Virus record (IMG/VR): IMGVR_UViG_3300032373_000080
Coordinates: 1-29,789 of that record
Length of the DNA: 29,789 bases
Reading direction: 5' to 3' (one strand)
Source of the DNA: a virus
Taxonomy: Duplodnaviria; Caudoviricetes
The first letter of the stretch is position 1, and each line of letters begins with the position of its first letter. Below the pieces are notes generated by a model, which did no database searches, had not been told where the DNA came from, and saw only the letters and a program-made list of their open reading frames with translations. Positions 1 through 8,573 of the stretch are shown piece after piece. Both the position numbers and the translations under genes were made by a program.

Positions 1-2
1 AC

Positions 3-536
3 ATGATTATGGATAATTTAGACACTTCAGATGTGCTCTTAAACCGTGGATTAAACGGTTACTATGGAATGGGTGGCCAGCGCGGATACAACGGCAACTT
101 CACGTATGATGGCTCAGTTGCAAATGCTAAACTTGATGCCAATCGAGAGATTTTGACATTAGGGCATGTAGGACTTTCTCAGCAAATCTCAGACAACGCA
201 GACAGAAATCGTGATATCTCACGTACACAACAGTCAGATGGACATTTTACCGGAATTCTAGGAAAAATTGATGACCAGACTCGTTTTTTCACTTCAGAAA
301 TAAACTTAATTGTTAGAGAGCAAGCGGCTAACGCAAGAGCAGCAGCAGAGTGTTGTTGTGAAACAAAACTCTTGTTAGCTGAGAACCAAGCTAAGACGGA
401 CGCAGGACTTGCTAGTATCTTGGCCAATCAAAATTGTGACCAACGTGTAGAGCAAGCAATGGCGAATGCAGCGCAAAATGCCAAGCTTGATTCTATTCTA
501 GCAAGCAACGGTCACGGGGGAGGTCGGGGAAACTAA
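3..536 (+). CDS. Hypothetical protein with Gly/Tyr/Asn-rich N-terminus, coiled-coil body and ECCCET motif; start uncertain at window edge
   Basis: 177 aa ORF; GYYGMGGQRGYNG low-complexity segment, Ala/Gln/Asn-rich helical region with AAAECCCETK; ATG at 3 or 9, upstream context not visible. Confidence 0.75.
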   Translation: MIMDNLDTSDVLLNRGLNGYYGMGGQRGYNGNFTYDGSVANAKLDANREILTLGHVGLSQQISDNADRNRDISRTQQSDGHFTGILGKIDDQTRFFTSEINLIVREQAANARAAAECCCETKLLLAENQAKTDAGLASILANQNCDQRVEQAMANAAQNAKLDSILASNGHGGGRGN

Positions 537-540
537 CGGG

Positions 541-638
541 GCAGGTTGAAACTACACCTGCTAAGTCAAGGAAGAGTCCGAAAAAACAGGGAGGTTTTTT
601 GCAGTTTTAAAGGACATGGAAGGGGTAGGGATACCCCT
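541..638 (+). promoter_or_regulatory. Structured intergenic segment with three hairpins (possible terminator or leader)
   Basis: GCAGGT(541-546)/ACCTGC(556-561); AAAAAAC(581-587)/GTTTTTT(594-600); AGGGGTA(621-627)-GGGA-TACCCCT(632-638), just upstream of the AAGGAG RBS. Confidence 0.4.
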
Positions 639-656
639 CACTTTAAGGAGAAATTT

Positions 657-953
657 ATGTTACCAATGATAGAGGAATTACTAACAGGTATTACTTCAGG
701 TGATGCTAGATTTGTTATGGAGGACCATGAACATATTTGTGATACTAAAACTAATTTACGTTATCACTTATATGATATGGCAAGTGAAGAACCCATGCAT
801 ATTAGTCATCCTGATTATCCTATGCCTATCGCAATAGCTAGAGATTTTAGTACACTCGAAATGCAAAAATTTGATGAAGTGAAACGTAAGTTAGAATCTT
901 TAGTTACTCAGGCCGCTAGGAGTAAATTACAAGAATTATACGTAGCCACTTAA
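657..953 (+). CDS. Hypothetical protein (98 aa; start revised from 546 to 657)
   Basis: AAGGAG Shine-Dalgarno at 645-650 precedes in-frame ATG 657; the TTG-start extension runs through the hairpin-rich intergenic region. Confidence 0.75.
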   Translation: MLPMIEELLTGITSGDARFVMEDHEHICDTKTNLRYHLYDMASEEPMHISHPDYPMPIAIARDFSTLEMQKFDEVKRKLESLVTQAARSKLQELYVAT

Positions 954-961
954 ATTATTAT

Positions 962-990
962 TTGTAAGTAAAGGATGACCCTTATATACT
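962..990 (+). promoter_or_regulatory. Sigma70-type late promoter upstream of the terminase genes
   Basis: TTGTAA (962-967), 17 bp spacer, TATACT (985-990); N4 late genes are transcribed by host sigma70 RNA polymerase. Confidence 0.6.
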
Positions 991-1029
991 AAGTTGAAAT
1001 TTTGGCTTAACTACATAAGGGTTTTTTTA

Positions 1030-1731
1030 ATGGCTGATGAGAAGATAACTATAGAGCAGTTCAGGGGTGCACTACCTACTTACTGCAGAGAAAACTTAAA
1101 ACCGGAAATGGTAGATAACATAAATGCAGCTATTTCTAATCCAATACTAAGAGAAAATTATAGGGAGAATTTAATAAGCTACACTCATGTGTTAAATGAG
1201 GGTAAGTTTAAAATGACTAGCTACATTGATGCAGTTAAGTACGTTAGCTGTAAGTTGATGGGAGCTACGAATACACAAGCCTATATCAAGACCTTCCCTG
1301 ATAGATACCAACGATTCCTAGATAGAAATGTTAATCCAGATGACATAGCTAGTTATGTTTCTGCCTACAATAAGAATAAGCTGGTTAATCTAATACTAGA
1401 GCAGACTCTAGTTCCTACTTACGTACTCAATGCTGATATGTACCAGAAAGCCTTAAATACCCAGGTAGAACTAATGACTACCGCCAATAGTGAAAAAGTA
1501 CGTACTGATGCAGCAAATAGCATTCTTACTCACCTGAAACGCCCTGAAGCTAAGAAAGTAGAGATTGATATCGGTGTTAAGCATGATAGTGCTATTGACG
1601 ATTTAAGGGACGCAGTTAAAGATTTGGCTCAAGCACAGAAAGAATCTATTATTTCTGGTGGCTCAACAGTAGAGCAAATTGCCCATAGTAATATCAGACC
1701 TAAAGTAATTGAGGGTGAGGTAATTAATTAA
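1030..1731 (+). CDS. Putative terminase small subunit (N4 gp69-like); start revised to ATG 1030
   Basis: Directly upstream of the large terminase; motifs YIDAVKYVSCKLMG, YIKTFPDRYQR, VSAYNKNKLVNLILEQ, SEKVRTDAANSILTHLKRPE resemble N4-like gp69; AAGGG before ATG 1030. Confidence 0.75.
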   Translation: MADEKITIEQFRGALPTYCRENLKPEMVDNINAAISNPILRENYRENLISYTHVLNEGKFKMTSYIDAVKYVSCKLMGATNTQAYIKTFPDRYQRFLDRNVNPDDIASYVSAYNKNKLVNLILEQTLVPTYVLNADMYQKALNTQVELMTTANSEKVRTDAANSILTHLKRPEAKKVEIDIGVKHDSAIDDLRDAVKDLAQAQKESIISGGSTVEQIAHSNIRPKVIEGEVIN

Positions 1732-1732
1732 A

Positions 1733-3328
1733 ATGGAATATACCAAGGTAGCAAAAACAGTAGAAAAGTACGTAAATGAAATACGCTATGGTGATGAACA
1801 TGGATATGTTCCAAGTGATTTTGCATTAGAGTTTATCAATTTCATAAAGCTAGTTAATGGGGATGAGGGTGAAGAACATAATTCACCTATTGTTCATTAT
1901 AAGATGTTAGATTTGATTCCAGGGCCTAGACAGAATATAGCTAATATGTGTTCTCGTGGTTTAGCTAAGACCACATTACTAGGTGAATATTTATTTCTGT
2001 ACATTGCCGTATATGGAAAAATACCCGGATTTGGTAAAGTAGATTTTGCATTGTATGTCTCAGATAGTATTGAGAATGGTGTTAAGAATATGCGTAAGAA
2101 TCTTGAATACAGATGGGAGAATAGTGACTTTCTCCGTAAATATGTACCTAAGATTAAGTTTACTGATGTTAGATGGGAATTCAATAACATTGAGGGTAAT
2201 GTATTCATTATAAGGGGTTATGGTGCTACCACTGGTGTTCGTGGAGCTAAAGAGATGGGTAAACGTCCAGTACTGGCTGTACTTGATGATTTGGTTTCAG
2301 ATACAGATGCTAAGTCCCCTACAGTAATTCAAACAATTGAAGATACCATTTATAAAGCAGTTGATTACGCATTACATCCTAGACGTAATAAGATTATATG
2401 GTCCGGTACCCCATTTAATGCAAAAGACCCATTATATAAAGCAGTCGAGTCTGGGGCTTGGTATGTAAACGTTTATCCTATTTGTGAGAAGTTTCCTTGT
2501 ACTCGAGAAGAATTCAGAGGCGCTTGGCCTGATAGATTCACTTATGACGATATATTAAGTAAATATAATAAAGCAATGAAAGCTGGGAAAATTAATACAT
2601 TTAACCAAGAGCTTATGCTTAGAATCATGTCAGATGATGAACGCGCAGTAAAGGATGAAGAAATTCATTGGTATAGTAGAACGAGTCTTTTACGTAATAA
2701 AGGTAATTATAATTTTTACATTACTACCGATTTTGCTACATCAGAAGAAACAGCAAGTGATTACTCTGTTATCTCTGTATGGGCTTATGACCATGCAGGT
2801 AATTGGTATTGGGTAGATGGTATTTGTAAGAAACAACAAATGAATGCCAATATAGATGACTTATTTAAATTGGCTCAGAAGTATCAACCACAAGGGGTAG
2901 GGGTAGAAGTATCAGGACAACAAGGTGGGTTCATATCAATCATTCAGGACCAGATGATAGAACGTAACATATACTTTGTATTGTCAACTCAAGGCAATAA
3001 TAATAAGCCAGGTATTCGCCCTAATACTAATAAGATGCAACGATTCAACGTAGTTCAACCTTGGTTTACTTTAGCAAAAATTAAGTTCCCTAAAGAATTA
3101 GAATTTGATAGTAGAATGATTGAATGTATGGAAGAATTACGTTTAATTACATATGGGGCTTTTAAAAGTAAATATGATGATTTCATTGATACTATAACAA
3201 TGCTACCCTTAATCAATGCATGGAAACCTTCAAACGCTACAGAAATGCAGTATAATGACGGAAACAAGATGTGGGAAGATATAGATGATTACTCTACTGG
3301 TTCCCGCTTAAGCTCCTATACAGTCTAA
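1733..3328 (+). CDS. terL: Terminase large subunit (N4 gp68-like)
   Basis: 531 aa; Walker A-like SRGLAKTT, Walker B LAVLDDL, coupling motif WSGTP, nuclease acidic motifs TTDFA, DYSVI, DDFIDT. Confidence 0.95.
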   Translation: MEYTKVAKTVEKYVNEIRYGDEHGYVPSDFALEFINFIKLVNGDEGEEHNSPIVHYKMLDLIPGPRQNIANMCSRGLAKTTLLGEYLFLYIAVYGKIPGFGKVDFALYVSDSIENGVKNMRKNLEYRWENSDFLRKYVPKIKFTDVRWEFNNIEGNVFIIRGYGATTGVRGAKEMGKRPVLAVLDDLVSDTDAKSPTVIQTIEDTIYKAVDYALHPRRNKIIWSGTPFNAKDPLYKAVESGAWYVNVYPICEKFPCTREEFRGAWPDRFTYDDILSKYNKAMKAGKINTFNQELMLRIMSDDERAVKDEEIHWYSRTSLLRNKGNYNFYITTDFATSEETASDYSVISVWAYDHAGNWYWVDGICKKQQMNANIDDLFKLAQKYQPQGVGVEVSGQQGGFISIIQDQMIERNIYFVLSTQGNNNKPGIRPNTNKMQRFNVVQPWFTLAKIKFPKELEFDSRMIECMEELRLITYGAFKSKYDDFIDTITMLPLINAWKPSNATEMQYNDGNKMWEDIDDYSTGSRLSSYTV

Positions 3329-3343
3329 TTTAAAGGTACTGAT

Positions 3344-4060
3344 ATGAAACTACAAACGATATTTGACCAACTCGTTCATGGTGAGTTAGCTCACTTATTT
3401 ATAGGTGGCAGTGAAACCGATAACATTATCATACCCGAGAATTATCCTAAAGTTGTTACCTATATCAACATGGCACTATTGGAATTATATAAGAGATTTC
3501 CTATCCATGTAGCACAAGTTGATGTTCAACAGTATGAAAGTATAGGCACTTACGTTATGGCTTACGATTATGCCATTAGTAACGCTACATCGACCCAACC
3601 AACTAAGTACATACAGGATAGTTTAACTAATCCCTTTAAGGATTCAGCCTTTCTTAAAATAGAAAATATATTTGACGAGAACGGTTGTGAGTTAATATTA
3701 AATAACTCAGTAGAGGCAAAATCATACTTTACCCCACATTATAATCAAATTCAGGTTCCTAACCCATCAGATGATGTAATGTTTAGTGTTATGTACAGGG
3801 CTTCTCATGCCTCCTTAGCTGCATCATCGGATATAGACCCTGAAGTTGTAGAAGTCTCATTACCCTTCTCTTTATTACTTCCTTTATGTTCATTCGTAGG
3901 TGCTAGGGCTTTTGCCGGCACTAGTACACTTAATGGGGTAGATGATTCACAGCGTATGATGCAACAGTATGAATTGGCTTGCGCTAGAATTACAGAATAT
4001 GATTTACTTAATTATGATATTACACCTAACTATAAGGCGGTAAATAACGGATGGGCATAA
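3344..4060 (+). CDS. Virion adaptor/head-tail connector protein (N4 gp67-like)
   Basis: 238 aa directly after terL; N-terminal MKLQTIFDQLVHGEL, INMALLELYKRF and C-terminal NNGW as in N4-like gp67; synteny. Confidence 0.75.
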   Translation: MKLQTIFDQLVHGELAHLFIGGSETDNIIIPENYPKVVTYINMALLELYKRFPIHVAQVDVQQYESIGTYVMAYDYAISNATSTQPTKYIQDSLTNPFKDSAFLKIENIFDENGCELILNNSVEAKSYFTPHYNQIQVPNPSDDVMFSVMYRASHASLAASSDIDPEVVEVSLPFSLLLPLCSFVGARAFAGTSTLNGVDDSQRMMQQYELACARITEYDLLNYDITPNYKAVNNGWA

Positions 4061-7000
4061 AGCACTGCAAACCTAAGACCTCAACGGTCGGGGGTGTAGA
4101 GCAATATATCAATACCGCATATGACAACATTAAAAAGGTATCTGATAATTTAGAAGCTCTGCTTAATCTTAATTCTACGTTTAATAATTTACAGGGCATT
4201 TACTTGGGAGCATACGCAACTGCTCCTATAGAACGCCCGGACACTTCAGCTTTAATTAATGGAGACCATTACTTAAATACTGATGCTAATTTACTATATG
4301 TGTACATTGATGATTCTTGGATTTATCATTCTATTTTCTATACCCAGGATGCATTAAATGATGCTGTAGGGGATGGACCATTTAATGTTTGGATTGTGTA
4401 TGCCGATGATAATAATGGTACAGGCGTATCATTAACCCATCATGGTAAAAAATTCATTGGTTTTGCTGCAGGTAATGTAGGAACGGTACCGGATACTTCA
4501 GATGCCTCAATATACAGATTTGTACGTTTTTATGGGGATACCGGTGAAGCAGGCGTTAGTCCTCAATTACATATCATGTATGCAAACTCTGCTGACGGCA
4601 CTACAGACTTTAGTTCTACTACTGGCTCATACATTGGTGAACACGTTAGTACGGATACCACAGCCTCTACAGACCCTGCTGATTACAATTGGAATAAGAT
4701 TACTGGTGAGAAGGGTGATGCAGGGATTAGTGTAACCGTTGTAGACAATGGAAATGGGACGTATACATTTACTGCATCCAATGGGAGTGTAGTAGTTAGT
4801 GATGGATTAACTCCAGAGAAAGATGTTGATTACTTTGATGGTAATTCAGGTGATTATGTTTCAATGGTTTACGGTCATGTGGATGCAAGTGACCCAGCTC
4901 CTACTATAGATGCAGGTACAGGTTCTTATGATGGAACCACTGAAGTTATGCCTACTGGTTCAACTACATGGGAAAAAGACCCTGTATTTATTGCTGGTAG
5001 GACTACTTATGTCGCAACTAATCGATATATGCACGCATACACTTCAGATACGTGGTCACTTAGATATAATGATTGGAGTGTTCCTGCTCCTTTTATTCAA
5101 AATCCCGAATCTCCTCCGCAAAGTCAAGTTAAAGGATTTACATTCAAACGTTCATCAGATACTAATTTTAGTGAAGTACCTACAGGTGGTACATTTGATA
5201 ATCCAGACCCTACTACTATAGGCTGGGAAGATGGTATCCCTACAGGTACAGCCCCTATTTGGGTATCTACGGCTACTTTTACTTCAGATGGATTATCACC
5301 TCAAAATGTTGGAAATCCTGTTGTATGGGGAGAACCAAGGCTCTTATCTGAGAATGGTGAAGGAATAAGACTTAAGTTTGGACCTACTGAAACAGGACCA
5401 TGGTCACTTACTCCAAGCATTAACGATGAATACATGATTACCAGTACTAGAGATTCTTCTGGTATATGGATTGATGACACAGCTAATCCCGTAAGGATTA
5501 AAGGCGAATCAGGTGTAGCACCTCAAGCTAAGTTAAGAGCATTTGCATTTAAACGTTCTGCAGACCCAGCATTCAGTGAAACACCTACCGGTGGTACATA
5601 CACTAGTCCTAACCCTATAGATAATATTGTTACTGGTTGGTCAGATGGAATTCCAGCAGGCACAGATAGACTATATGTAAGTGTACGTACATTTACTGAT
5701 GATGGACTACCTCCTCAGAATACTTCATGGAGCCTTAGCCAAGTATTTTCATATAATGGTACTGGCTTCCGTATATTATTCAGTGTTGACGGTATTAGCG
5801 ATTGGCATGAAGAACCTACAGAGTTTGATGAATGGGCGCAACCACAGGTAAGTACTGATGGTGGCAATACTTGGATTAATTCTGGAATAGCATATAGATT
5901 CAAAGGGGAGAAAGGTGACCCAGGAGAAACAATACTACAGGTATCAATATTTCAGAGAGGGACTAGCTTACCAAGTAAACCACTAGATGGTAGTTTTAAT
6001 TTTGATACTAGAACATTAACTCCTCCAGCCGGATGGGAGTCTACTGTTCCTGATGGTATTGATAATGTATATATTTGTGCTGCTTGGATTAATAATTCAT
6101 TAGGGCAACAGTTAAATACTATTTTATGGGAAGACCCTGCATTACTTACTTCTCCGGGAGAAGCAGGAGCAGATGGGCCTAGGGGTAGTCGACATTTTTA
6201 CGGTACGTCTGCAGCAGGTGTATGGTCAGATGTAGAAGCAGATACAGTTATAGCTAACGCTGGTGAAGTTAAAACAGGTTGGGATGTCGTAACTATGTCT
6301 AATCCTGCATTTGGTTTCTCAGAAAGTAGATATTGGAATCTAGATGAAGACCCAGATGAATGGACTAAAATTACTGAAGTTATTGATGGTAACTTGGTTG
6401 TATTTGGTACTATTGGTGCTGACCAAATAGCTGCTAATGGAATTAAAGCAGGTAATATTGATGCAGATGCTATAACAGGTCGACATCTTAATATTAATAC
6501 TGATGGTACAGAATCAGGTAATATATCTGGAGTAAGTATGACTCTAGACCCTTACTCAGCTTCTCCGATGACCATTACAGACAATTCCACAGGCGATAAC
6601 GTATTTTCTATACAGTTAGTTGATGGTCAGGCACTGGCTACTGTTAATGGGGTAGCAGGTAATGAATTTATTACTAATATTTCTGCATTAACTCAAGACG
6701 TCATTTATGCACTAAATCCTTACTACTTAGGGGCCGGCTCTAGCGATTCTGCCACCGTTCCTGCTACATTAAGTTCAGCACAAAGCTCAACTATTACCTT
6801 AACCAATGAAGAAGATGTAAATGTTAATATAGACTTTAATGTGAGCACTTCAGGGGATTACTTAGGTGTTAACCAGAATTGGACAGCTCCCTCATGGAGA
6901 GTTGAAGTTAAAAGAGGAGGTTCACTAGGTACCGTACTTTATAGTAAAGTACATACCGGTAATGTATGGAATACTCCAGAAGATACTTTAGGGCTATTCT

Positions 7001-7440
7001 TTGGTGGGTATACTTTAAGTATTGCTGATGGTTTAGTGGATACTAATCCCGGCGTTAACCAGAATTATACCTTAGTAGTTACTCGCATTAGTGGTACTGC
7101 AACTCAAGTTACTTTGGACGCTTTTAATGGGAATGTACCTTCATTCACTAAAAATGAGTTAGACACTAATTCAACAGGTGGTTACTCTTGGGTAGATAAA
7201 GATACAGGCTATACACGTAAAAGTGGGACAATAAGTGTTCCTGGCAATAGCTCAGCAACTGTAGTATTTACTGATTCATTTACCACTATATACTCTGCTA
7301 ACGCTACAGCATTAACTCCTGATACTGGTTCAGATAATGGAGCTAATTTGTGGAATGTATCTAATAATGAACTCACGATTTACAATCCTGAAGGTACGGA
7401 TAGAGTATGTCATTGGCAAGCTGATGGACATACAGCTTAA
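4051..7440 (+). CDS. Tail fibre/appendage protein (N4 gp66-like N-terminus, mosaic body)
   Basis: 1129 aa; N-terminal VEQYINTAYDNIKKVSDNL attachment-type motif; short collagen-like GxxG linkers; duplicated 135 aa module; GTIGADQIAANGIKAGNIDADAIT repeat; C-terminal small beta domain ending CHWQADGH. Confidence 0.85.
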   Translation: MGIKHCKPKTSTVGGVEQYINTAYDNIKKVSDNLEALLNLNSTFNNLQGIYLGAYATAPIERPDTSALINGDHYLNTDANLLYVYIDDSWIYHSIFYTQDALNDAVGDGPFNVWIVYADDNNGTGVSLTHHGKKFIGFAAGNVGTVPDTSDASIYRFVRFYGDTGEAGVSPQLHIMYANSADGTTDFSSTTGSYIGEHVSTDTTASTDPADYNWNKITGEKGDAGISVTVVDNGNGTYTFTASNGSVVVSDGLTPEKDVDYFDGNSGDYVSMVYGHVDASDPAPTIDAGTGSYDGTTEVMPTGSTTWEKDPVFIAGRTTYVATNRYMHAYTSDTWSLRYNDWSVPAPFIQNPESPPQSQVKGFTFKRSSDTNFSEVPTGGTFDNPDPTTIGWEDGIPTGTAPIWVSTATFTSDGLSPQNVGNPVVWGEPRLLSENGEGIRLKFGPTETGPWSLTPSINDEYMITSTRDSSGIWIDDTANPVRIKGESGVAPQAKLRAFAFKRSADPAFSETPTGGTYTSPNPIDNIVTGWSDGIPAGTDRLYVSVRTFTDDGLPPQNTSWSLSQVFSYNGTGFRILFSVDGISDWHEEPTEFDEWAQPQVSTDGGNTWINSGIAYRFKGEKGDPGETILQVSIFQRGTSLPSKPLDGSFNFDTRTLTPPAGWESTVPDGIDNVYICAAWINNSLGQQLNTILWEDPALLTSPGEAGADGPRGSRHFYGTSAAGVWSDVEADTVIANAGEVKTGWDVVTMSNPAFGFSESRYWNLDEDPDEWTKITEVIDGNLVVFGTIGADQIAANGIKAGNIDADAITGRHLNINTDGTESGNISGVSMTLDPYSASPMTITDNSTGDNVFSIQLVDGQALATVNGVAGNEFITNISALTQDVIYALNPYYLGAGSSDSATVPATLSSAQSSTITLTNEEDVNVNIDFNVSTSGDYLGVNQNWTAPSWRVEVKRGGSLGTVLYSKVHTGNVWNTPEDTLGLFFGGYTLSIADGLVDTNPGVNQNYTLVVTRISGTATQVTLDAFNGNVPSFTKNELDTNSTGGYSWVDKDTGYTRKSGTISVPGNSSATVVFTDSFTTIYSANATALTPDTGSDNGANLWNVSNNELTIYNPEGTDRVCHWQADGHTA
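5116..5721 (+). repeat. Intragenic duplicated domain in the tail fibre (period 405 nt, 135 aa)
   Basis: PQSQVKGFTFKRSSDTNFSEVPTGGTF...GWEDGIPTGT...TFTSDGLSPQN (from 5116) versus PQAKLRAFAFKRSADPAFSETPTGGTY...GWSDGIPAGT...TFTDDGLPPQN (from 5521). Confidence 0.85.
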
Positions 7441-7469
7441 TTGCATATGATGCGTATTAATATTATACT
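7441..7469 (+). promoter_or_regulatory. Sigma70-type promoter for the peptide/membrane protein/lysis operon
   Basis: TTGCAT (7441-7446), 17 bp spacer, TATACT (7464-7469); same architecture as the promoter at 962-990. Confidence 0.65.
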
Positions 7470-7516
7470 CTGCTAGACATTCTAACTTAACGTAATTAAC
7501 TAGCGGAGTATACATC

Positions 7517-7621
7517 ATGCCAACAGGTACAGACGGTAATAAAACACCCCCAGGTAAAGATAAGAAAGAAAGCTCTGAATCAGATTCTAAAGCTGAATCT
7601 GATAAGCAGAAAAAGAAATAA
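7517..7621 (+). CDS. Small hydrophilic peptide, 34 aa (not in ORF track): MPTGTDGNKTPPGKDKKESSESDSKAESDKQKKK
   Basis: GGAG RBS at 7505-7508, ATG 7517, TAA stop 7619-7621 overlapping the next ATG (TAATG coupling); fills the gap between the promoter and the next gene. Confidence 0.75.
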   Translation: MPTGTDGNKTPPGKDKKESSESDSKAESDKQKKK

Positions 7622-8109
7622 TGTACCAACTTCCTATAGAATTTGACGGTATTGCTATATTACTGGCTTTACTCTTTTATCGTCAAAGTGCTCCTGAACA
7701 TGAACGTACCGCATTCTGTGTGTTGTGCTTCTTTGTTGTTTCAGAAGTAGTATACCAAAGGTTCTTTTTGGATATACGTAGTCAAAACAATTGGCTAATT
7801 TTTATACTATATAATGTAATAAACACCGCCGTTTGCTACAAGCTACATCAATTAAAATCTCATCTAATTATATTACTTACAATCTTACTAAATGTTTTGT
7901 TAAATATTGTTGTCTCCTTCAATACCACTAGCGACTTAGTGGGACAAATTGTCTATACTTCATACAGTTACATAGCAGCAGCCTTAATGCTAGTGTGTTT
8001 ATGGTATATGTGGAGTATCAAGAATGGAAATAGAATTTTGGAGCGTTTGGCTGATAGTAAGAGTAAGTGGGGGATTCTTTTTCGGCCTAATAATGGGATG
8101 GTTTTCTAG
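7621..8109 (+). CDS. Multi-pass membrane protein (about 5 TM segments)
   Basis: 162 aa; hydrophobic stretches GIAILLALLFY, AFCVLCFFVVSEVVY, WLIFILYNVINTAVCY, LIILLTILLNVLLNIVVSF, YSYIAAALMLVCLWYMW; basic C-terminal tail. Confidence 0.8.
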   Translation: MYQLPIEFDGIAILLALLFYRQSAPEHERTAFCVLCFFVVSEVVYQRFFLDIRSQNNWLIFILYNVINTAVCYKLHQLKSHLIILLTILLNVLLNIVVSFNTTSDLVGQIVYTSYSYIAAALMLVCLWYMWSIKNGNRILERLADSKSKWGILFRPNNGMVF

Positions 8110-8236
8110 GGGTTACTATGAGCGAAGAAAAGATTTCATTTCCAATGTTCAAACTCTGGACAGACTCACACGACAAGATGATGGGTGCGTTCATAGAAGA
8201 AATGAAGGAAATGAAGAAAGAGCAGCAACAAACTAA
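8024..8236 (+). CDS. Possible overlapping small membrane protein (70 aa)
   Basis: GGAG 8 nt upstream of ATG 8024; N-terminal hydrophobic segment FWSVWLIVRVSGGFFFGLIMGWF followed by YYERRK; overlaps both neighbours in a different frame. Confidence 0.35.
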   Translation: MEIEFWSVWLIVRVSGGFFFGLIMGWFSRGYYERRKDFISNVQTLDRLTRQDDGCVHRRNEGNEERAATN

Positions 8237-8573
8237 CACATTACTTCGTGATGATATTAATGTAACTAAAGGGATACTTTCACAACATATTACTGAATAC
8301 ACTAAAATGGTTCATGAATTTACTGAACTACATAAAGAATTTGTAGAAAATACAGATAAGAAATTTGCTACTATATTTAAGATTCTAAAAGCCAGAGCAG
8401 GACTCTATACAGGATATCGTTGGGTTAAAGGGGTTATTGGTATTATTGCTGTAGGGGCACTTACTGCTGCTGGTGCTTCATTTTGGAATACATATTACGC
8501 TACCAAGAATACCAAAACAGACACTGTAATTACGCAGCAAGAACCTCGTAAGCAAAAGGTAGAGCAAAAATGA
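8118..8573 (+). CDS. Holin/antiholin-like single-TM protein with N-terminal coiled coil
   Basis: 151 aa; charged helical N-terminus, TM segment VIGIIAVGALTAAGASFW; ATGA overlap with the endolysin-like gene; AGGGG RBS. Confidence 0.6.
   Translation: MSEEKISFPMFKLWTDSHDKMMGAFIEEMKEMKKEQQQTNTLLRDDINVTKGILSQHITEYTKMVHEFTELHKEFVENTDKKFATIFKILKARAGLYTGYRWVKGVIGIIAVGALTAAGASFWNTYYATKNTKTDTVITQQEPRKQKVEQK

Noticed and set aside
546-656. TTG-start N-terminal extension of the second ORF
   Set aside because: A strong RBS points to ATG 657 and the extension runs through hairpin-rich intergenic sequence
994-1029. TTG-start extension of the small-terminase-like ORF
   Set aside because: It starts at or before the predicted transcription start of the 962-990 promoter; ATG 1030 has a plausible RBS
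4502-5221. Alternative-frame plus-strand Leu-rich ORFs in the tail fibre gene (similar ones at 13377, 23130, 23619)
   Set aside because: Typical off-frame artefacts of T-ending codon bias; no RBS support
7330-7629. 99 aa minus-strand ORF across the fibre/lysis junction
   Set aside because: The region is better explained by the plus-strand promoter, RBS and coupled 34 aa ORF
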